This document shows positions 58,888 through 64,000 of a stretch of 64,000 nt of DNA, in pieces; the stretch's first letter is position 1, and the number at the start of each line of letters is the position of its first letter. Source of the DNA: Escherichia coli (GTDB taxonomy: Bacteria; Pseudomonadota; Gammaproteobacteria; Enterobacterales; Enterobacteriaceae); NCBI RefSeq assembly GCF_024502345.1, contig NZ_JALDNN010000001.1; one strand, 5' to 3'. The position numbers and the translations under genes were made by a program. Below the pieces are notes generated by a model. The model was not told where the DNA came from, made no database searches, and was given only the letters and a program-made list of their open reading frames with translations.

Positions 58888-59787
58888 CTAAACAGCACCT
58901 TTATACTTCAGCCTATCTATAAATAATGAGAATGCCGAGCCAGCATGTCGACGATGTGGATAGTACAGGTGATAACCGGGTAAATCTGGTGTGAATTTAT
59001 CCAAAACACGTATCAGTTTTTTTTCTTTAATAGCCAGCTCAACCTGATCATAAGGTAGATACGCCAATCCATGCCCATCAATTGCAGCATCAATGATCAG
59101 GTCTATCGTATTCAGTAAAAGCTGACCTTCCATGCGAACACGAACTTCACGTCCACCGCGTATTAATCTCCAGCGATTTGCTGTACCCGATGTGGGAAGA
59201 TACAAATTAATTGCCTGATGATCTATTAATTGTGACACTGACGTTGGAACACTTCGGCGAGAAAAATAATCCGGTGAGCCAACAATAGCCATTGGTATAT
59301 CTGGCCCGATTCGAATGGCGATCATATCTTTATCCATCTCCCCACCCAGACGGACGCCTGCATCAAAACGTTCAGAAACGACATCGGTCAAACCATAATC
59401 AATGGTAAGCTGAACATCAATTTCAGGATGCGATCTCAGGAATGTGCGCATGGCTGGTAACAATATCGTTTTTGCTGCATGTTCTACAGTAGTAATACGT
59501 ATTGTCCCGGATGGGCGGTTCTGCAGATCGCTCAGGGATGTCAGGGCAGAATCTATGTCATGCAACATAGGGCCAAGAACAGACAAAAGATGCTCGCCCG
59601 CTTCAGTTGGTACAACGCTGCGCGTAGTTCGCGTCAGAAGCCGCAATCCCAATCGTTCTTCTATACGGCGCACTATCTGGCTTAAAGCTGACTGCGCCAT
59701 GCTCAGGCGGGCTGCTGCGCGAGTGAAGCTACGCTCCTCTGCAACGACGACAAACGCCATCAGATCAGCGATTTCTTCACGCTTCAT
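58888..59787 (-). CDS. pgrR: LysR-family regulator PgrR (YcjZ)
   Basis: 299 aa, MKREEIADLMAFVVVAEERSFTRAAARLSMAQSALSQIVRRIEERLG; divergent from ycjY. Confidence 0.8.
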   Translation of the reverse strand: MKREEIADLMAFVVVAEERSFTRAAARLSMAQSALSQIVRRIEERLGLRLLTRTTRSVVPTEAGEHLLSVLGPMLHDIDSALTSLSDLQNRPSGTIRITTVEHAAKTILLPAMRTFLRSHPEIDVQLTIDYGLTDVVSERFDAGVRLGGEMDKDMIAIRIGPDIPMAIVGSPDYFSRRSVPTSVSQLIDHQAINLYLPTSGTANRWRLIRGGREVRVRMEGQLLLNTIDLIIDAAIDGHGLAYLPYDQVELAIKEKKLIRVLDKFTPDLPGYHLYYPHRRHAGSAFSLFIDRLKYKGAV

Positions 59788-59812
59788 TCAGTATCTCCAT
59801 ACAATCTATTAA

Positions 59813-59826
59813 TCATTTAAATGATA
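59813..59826. promoter_or_regulatory. Perfect 14-bp palindrome in the pgrR/ycjY divergent promoter; candidate LysR-type operator
   Basis: ATCATTTAAATGAT fits the T-N11-A LysR box, about 25 bp upstream of the pgrR start; followed by a GGTCTAATCA direct repeat at 59827 and 59845. Confidence 0.35.
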
Positions 59827-59924
59827 GGTCTAATCATGATTTAGGGTCTAATCAACTTAATGATCAATATCTATAGTGATATTACCAACCGTTAAAACGA
59901 ACCGACAACTCCATGAGGAACGGA

Positions 59925-60845
59925 ATGATGAATAATAAAGTCAGCTTCACTAACAGCAATAATCCAACCATCTCTTTGTCTGCAGTGATCTATTTCCCTC
60001 CAAAATTTGATGAAACCCGTCAGTATCAGGCAATTGTGGTATCTCACCCAGGTGGGGGCGTTAAAGAACAAACGGCCGGAACCTATGCCAAAAAACTGGC
60101 GGAAAAGGGATTTGTCACTATTGCTTATGACGCATCTTATCAAGGTGAAAGTGGCGGCGAGCCGCGTCAGTTAGAAAACCCATACATTCGTACTGAAGAC
60201 ATCAGTGCCGTGATTGATTACCTGACAACGCTTTCTTATGTCGACAATACCCGAATTGGTGCGATGGGAATTTGTGCCGGTGCAGGATATACAGCCAATG
60301 CTGCAATTCAGGATCGCCGCATCAAGGCCATCGGTACCGTTAGTGCGGTCAATATTGGTTCGATGTTCCGTAATGGTTGGGAAAACAATGTGAAATCTAT
60401 TGATGCCCTGCCATACGTTGAAGCGGGTTCAAACGCCCGAACCAGCGATATTAGCAGCGGAGAATATGCCGTTATGCCACTGGCACCAATGAAGGAGTCC
60501 GATGCGCCGAACGAAGAACTGCGTCAGGCCTGGGAGTATTACCACACCCCTCGCGCGCAGTATCCAACAGCACCGGGTTACGCTACTTTGCGCAGCCTTA
60601 ACCAGATTATTACCTATGATGCTTACCATATGGCGGAAGTGTACCTGACTCAGCCGATGCAGATTGTGGCGGGCAGCCAGGCAGGGAGCAAATGGATGAG
60701 TGACGACCTGTACGATCGGGCATCAAGCCAGGATAAACGCTATCACATTGTTGAAGGCGCAAACCATATGGATCTTTATGACGGCAAAGCCTATGTGGCT
60801 GAAGCAATTTCAGTATTAGCTCCGTTCTTTGAGGAAACTCTGTAA
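59925..60845 (+). CDS. ycjY: Alpha/beta-hydrolase-fold protein YcjY
   Basis: 306 aa from the internal Met; hydrolase-fold motifs including GICAGAGY around a nucleophile-elbow-like position. Confidence 0.75.
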   Translation: MMNNKVSFTNSNNPTISLSAVIYFPPKFDETRQYQAIVVSHPGGGVKEQTAGTYAKKLAEKGFVTIAYDASYQGESGGEPRQLENPYIRTEDISAVIDYLTTLSYVDNTRIGAMGICAGAGYTANAAIQDRRIKAIGTVSAVNIGSMFRNGWENNVKSIDALPYVEAGSNARTSDISSGEYAVMPLAPMKESDAPNEELRQAWEYYHTPRAQYPTAPGYATLRSLNQIITYDAYHMAEVYLTQPMQIVAGSQAGSKWMSDDLYDRASSQDKRYHIVEGANHMDLYDGKAYVAEAISVLAPFFEETL

Positions 60846-61777
60846 TGAAACATATTCAAATCCGCAATAGTGATATGGCCTGGCATATTGCTGCCAATAT
60901 TCAGTTTCCACCAAATTTTGATGAGTCAAAACAGTATCCGGTGATTATCAGCGTCCATCCTTTTGGCAGTTGTAAGGAGCAGACGTCTGGCAATATCTAT
61001 GGCAAAGCATTGGCTGAAAAAGGCTATCTCGTTCTCGCTTATGACGCCAGTTTCCAGGGAGAATCTGGTGGGGAGCCTCGCTGGATAGAAGATCCGACAC
61101 AGCGCGTAGAGGATATTAGCCGTGTTATCGATTATGCAGTAACTCTGCCATATGTTAATGCTGAACGTATTGGCGTGCTGGGAGAGTGTGGGGGTGGTGG
61201 CTATGCCATTAATGCCGCGCTGACAGAAAAACGAATTAAAGCAGTAGTGAGTATTACGGGTGTTAATATCGGGCGTCTTTTTCGGGAAGGTTTCAGCAAT
61301 TACGATCCGATTGGCGCATTGAATGCAATGGCGTCGCAACGAACCAAAGAGGCTCGTGGTGGAGAATTACAGATCAACGAATTACTTCCCGCCAGCCTGG
61401 ATGCAGCAAAAGCCCATGGACTGACCGAACGCGATGTTTATGAAGCAACTGACTACTATAAAACACCACGCGGGCAACAACCGGGAGGTGCGACAAAAAT
61501 GTTGTTCTCACATGCACAGAAAACGCTGGCCTGGGATGCCTTCGCATTTACTGAAGTGTTACTGACTCAGCCGGTGATGGTAGTAGTTGGTGAAAAAGTC
61601 GGTGCCTTCGGTGCTTATCGTGATGGACTGGAAGTCTATGGCCGGGCGATGGTTTCGCAGGATCGTCAGTTAGTTTCATTACCCGATTTCTCACATTATG
61701 AACTGTATGACAAACCGGAAGCAGTTCAGGAGGCGCTGGAAAAAGTTATTCCTTTTTTCAACACCCATCTGGGATAA
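60845..61777 (+). CDS. Second alpha/beta-hydrolase, paralog of YcjY, start overlapping the ycjY stop
   Basis: 310 aa clearly alignable to YcjY (for example YDASFQGESGGEPR, VIDY..TLPYV, GECGGGGYAINAA). Confidence 0.75.
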   Translation: MKHIQIRNSDMAWHIAANIQFPPNFDESKQYPVIISVHPFGSCKEQTSGNIYGKALAEKGYLVLAYDASFQGESGGEPRWIEDPTQRVEDISRVIDYAVTLPYVNAERIGVLGECGGGGYAINAALTEKRIKAVVSITGVNIGRLFREGFSNYDPIGALNAMASQRTKEARGGELQINELLPASLDAAKAHGLTERDVYEATDYYKTPRGQQPGGATKMLFSHAQKTLAWDAFAFTEVLLTQPVMVVVGEKVGAFGAYRDGLEVYGRAMVSQDRQLVSLPDFSHYELYDKPEAVQEALEKVIPFFNTHLG

Positions 61778-61782
61778 GTTTC

Positions 61783-62433
61783 ATGAGAAATATTATGAAA
61801 AATGTACTGATTCTTGGTGCTGGCGGTCAGATAGCCCGCCATGTGATTAATCAACTGGCAGATAAACAAACCATTAAACAAACTTTATTTGCTCGTCAGC
61901 CAGCAAAAATACACAAACCCTATCCAACTAATAGCCAGATTATTATGGGGGATGTACTGAATCATGCAGCACTGAAGCAGGCCATGCAGGGACAGGATAT
62001 TGTGTATGCCAACCTTACGGGGGAAGATTTAGATATTCAGGCAAATTCAGTGATCGCTGCGATGAAAGCCTGTGATGTTAAACGTCTGATCTTTGTTCTT
62101 TCCCTCGGCATTTATGATGAAGTTCCAGGAAAATTTGGCGAATGGAATAATGCAGTTATTGGTGAGCCCCTAAAACCATTCCGCAGGGCTGCGGATGCAA
62201 TTGAGGCTTCTGGATTGGATTATACAATTCTTCGCCCTGCCTGGCTGACTGATGAAGATATTATTGATTATGAGATTACCTCACGCAATGAACTATTCAA
62301 AGGTACGATCGTATCGCGTAAGAGTGTCGCCGCATTAATCACAGATATCATCGATAAACCTGAGAAACACATTGGTGAGAATATAGGCATCAATCAACCT
62401 GGTACTGATGGTGATAAGCCATTCTTCATGTAA
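61783..62433 (+). CDS. NAD(P)-binding Rossmann-fold protein (NmrA/atypical SDR-like)
   Basis: 216 aa with an N-terminal LILGAGGQIA glycine-rich motif; the true start may be the Met at 61795. Confidence 0.7.
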   Translation: MRNIMKNVLILGAGGQIARHVINQLADKQTIKQTLFARQPAKIHKPYPTNSQIIMGDVLNHAALKQAMQGQDIVYANLTGEDLDIQANSVIAAMKACDVKRLIFVLSLGIYDEVPGKFGEWNNAVIGEPLKPFRRAADAIEASGLDYTILRPAWLTDEDIIDYEITSRNELFKGTIVSRKSVAALITDIIDKPEKHIGENIGINQPGTDGDKPFFM

Positions 62434-62598
62434 ATCAATTATATAACTACCATCGTACTGTACTATGTGCAGTACGATTTATTAAACTTATTAAGGTGAA
62501 CTGATCAATCAGATGCGATTAACATGTGTAGAACCAGTAAGAATAAAATACGCCATGTATATAACATTACGACAATTCTAATATCTGCACATCAATGA

Positions 62599-62635
62599 AA
62601 ATGCAAACAACTTCCGGCAAAAAAGTGATACAAGA
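62599..62635 (+). repeat. Copy B of the 37-nt intergenic repeat, about 90 bp upstream of mpaA
   Basis: AAATGCAAACAACTTCCggCAAAAAAGTGAtACAaGA. Confidence 0.7.
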
Positions 62636-62723
62636 TCGATGACATAGCGTTGAAGAAAAGGATTTGATAATCCGCAAAATTTGCACAACACTGCCTGTAA
62701 TACTTCCTGAACCAGAGACGATC

Positions 62724-63452
62724 ATGACCGTAAACCGCCCACGCGCCGAACGCGGCGCATTTCCGCCCGGAACAGAACATTACGGACGTTCATTATTGGG
62801 CGCGCCGTTAATCTGGTTTCCGGCCACTGCAGCCAGTCGCGAAAGTGGTTTGATTCTGGCTGGCACTCACGGTGATGAAAACTCTTCGGTCGTCACGCTC
62901 TCCTGTGCTCTGCGGACTTTGACACCTTCTTTGCGCCGCCATCATGTGGTGCTGTGTGTGAATCCTGACGGCTGCCAGCTGGGGTTACGGGCCAATGCTA
63001 ATGGTGTGGATTTAAACAGAAACTTTCCGGCGGCGAACTGGAAGGAAGGTGAAACGGTTTATCGCTGGAACAGCGCCGCTGAAGAACGTGATGTCGTATT
63101 ACTGACAGGTGACAAACCTGGCTCCGAACCTGAAACCCAGGCGCTGTGCCAGCTTATACACCGCATTCAACCTGCCTGGGTGGTCTCATTCCACGATCCA
63201 CTGGCCTGTATTGAAGATCCCAGACACAGCGAATTAGGCGAATGGCTGGCCCAGGCGTTTGAATTGCCTCTGGTAACCAGCGTCGGTTATGAAACGCCTG
63301 GCTCTTTCGGCAGTTGGTGTGCAGATCTCAACTTGCATTGCATCACCGCAGAGTTTCCGCCCATCTCCTCCGACGAAGCCAGCGAAAAATATCTCTTTGC
63401 GATGGCAAACTTGCTGCGCTGGCATCCTAAAGATGCAATTCGCCCGTCGTGA
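62724..63452 (+). CDS. mpaA: Murein peptide amidase A (gamma-D-Glu-Dap amidase, M14 family)
   Basis: 242 aa from the internal Met, MTVNRPRAERGAFPPGTEHYGRSLLGAPLIWFPA... Confidence 0.85.
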   Translation: MTVNRPRAERGAFPPGTEHYGRSLLGAPLIWFPATAASRESGLILAGTHGDENSSVVTLSCALRTLTPSLRRHHVVLCVNPDGCQLGLRANANGVDLNRNFPAANWKEGETVYRWNSAAEERDVVLLTGDKPGSEPETQALCQLIHRIQPAWVVSFHDPLACIEDPRHSELGEWLAQAFELPLVTSVGYETPGSFGSWCADLNLHCITAEFPPISSDEASEKYLFAMANLLRWHPKDAIRPS

Positions 63453-64000
63453 ACTGAAGCGCCGGTTCCACATCTACCGCCAGCCAGGTCGGTCCGTCAA
63501 GATCGGCGAAACTGACCTGCGGCACCAGCGGTAAAGCGGCGCTAATGGCACGAGAGGTACACAACATGCAGCCCAGCATCAGACGAAAACCTTGTGCACG
63601 CGCTTCAGTCGCCAGCGCCAGCGCTTCCGTCAGCCCCCCGGTTTTATCGAGCTTAATGTTAACCATCTCATAGCGCCCTTTCAGCGCCTTCAGATTGCTA
63701 CGAGTATGACAACTTTCATCAGCACAAATCGGTAACGGATGAATAAAATTCTCCAGTGCCGCATCGTCCTGCGCAGGAAGGGGTTGTTCAAGCATCGCAA
63801 CGCCTAAATCCGCCAATAGCTGGCAACGCGCCGCCAACCCTTCTGCACGCCAGGATTCATTTGCATCAACGATCAGCGTGGCATCGGGCACAGCTGTGCG
63901 AATTGCCACCATCCGCTCACTGATAAGATGGTTATCCAGCTTCACTTTCAGTAATTTCGCGCCGGCCTGCCAGAGTGTTGATGCACTATTGGCCATCTGA
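63427..64000 (-). CDS. ycjG: L-Ala-D/L-Glu epimerase (enolase superfamily), C-terminal part; 5' end outside the window
   Basis: Translation ...VKLDNHLISERMVAIRTAVPDATLIVDANESW... is the muconate-lactonizing-enzyme-like fold; the frame is open to the window edge; 26-bp convergent overlap with mpaA. Confidence 0.8.
   Translation of the reverse strand, partial: QMANSASTLWQAGAKLLKVKLDNHLISERMVAIRTAVPDATLIVDANESWRAEGLAARCQLLADLGVAMLEQPLPAQDDAALENFIHPLPICADESCHTRSNLKALKGRYEMVNIKLDKTGGLTEALALATEARAQGFRLMLGCMLCTSRAISAALPLVPQVSFADLDGPTWLAVDVEPALQFTTGELHL

Noticed and set aside
58609-62635. The 37-nt repeat as a miniature mobile element
   Set aside because: It has no terminal inverted repeats or flanking duplications and only two copies, both next to functionally related genes, so a cis-regulatory element is more likely; this remains unproven.

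Overview
This window reads as an Escherichia coli chromosomal segment, collinear with the K-12 region from ydcK/rimL through hrpA, azoR, feaBR, ldhA, ydbK, ompN, ttcA, fnr and mppA to mpaA/ycjG, in inverted orientation relative to the K-12 map. All identifications come from reading the six-frame translations and the DNA against remembered K-12 proteins and sRNAs; no database search was run, and K-12 lengths and gene order are recalled from memory. I found no convincing novel multi-gene system: every ORF above about 100 aa is accounted for by a conserved housekeeping gene or a decay product. What stands out is gene decay and strain-specific content. (1) The phenylacetate (paa) cluster and tynA are reduced to a mosaic of gene fragments around an intact paaY. 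(2) A 1057-bp IS903-group element with perfect 18-bp terminal inverted repeats and no target-site duplication replaces the 3' end of ynbA, ynbB and the 5' end of ynbC. (3) Two otherwise full-length genes, ynbD and abgB, each carry a single in-frame TAG. (4) The Rac prophage and the IS5 copy found in K-12 are absent, and gapC and the ycjY-to-mpaA hydrolase cluster are intact. Four small RNAs (RydC, MicC, FnrS, and the hokB/mokB toxin locus with its expected antisense) were recognised directly in the DNA, and an unexplained 37-nt repeat sits in front of both murein-peptide genes mppA and mpaA.
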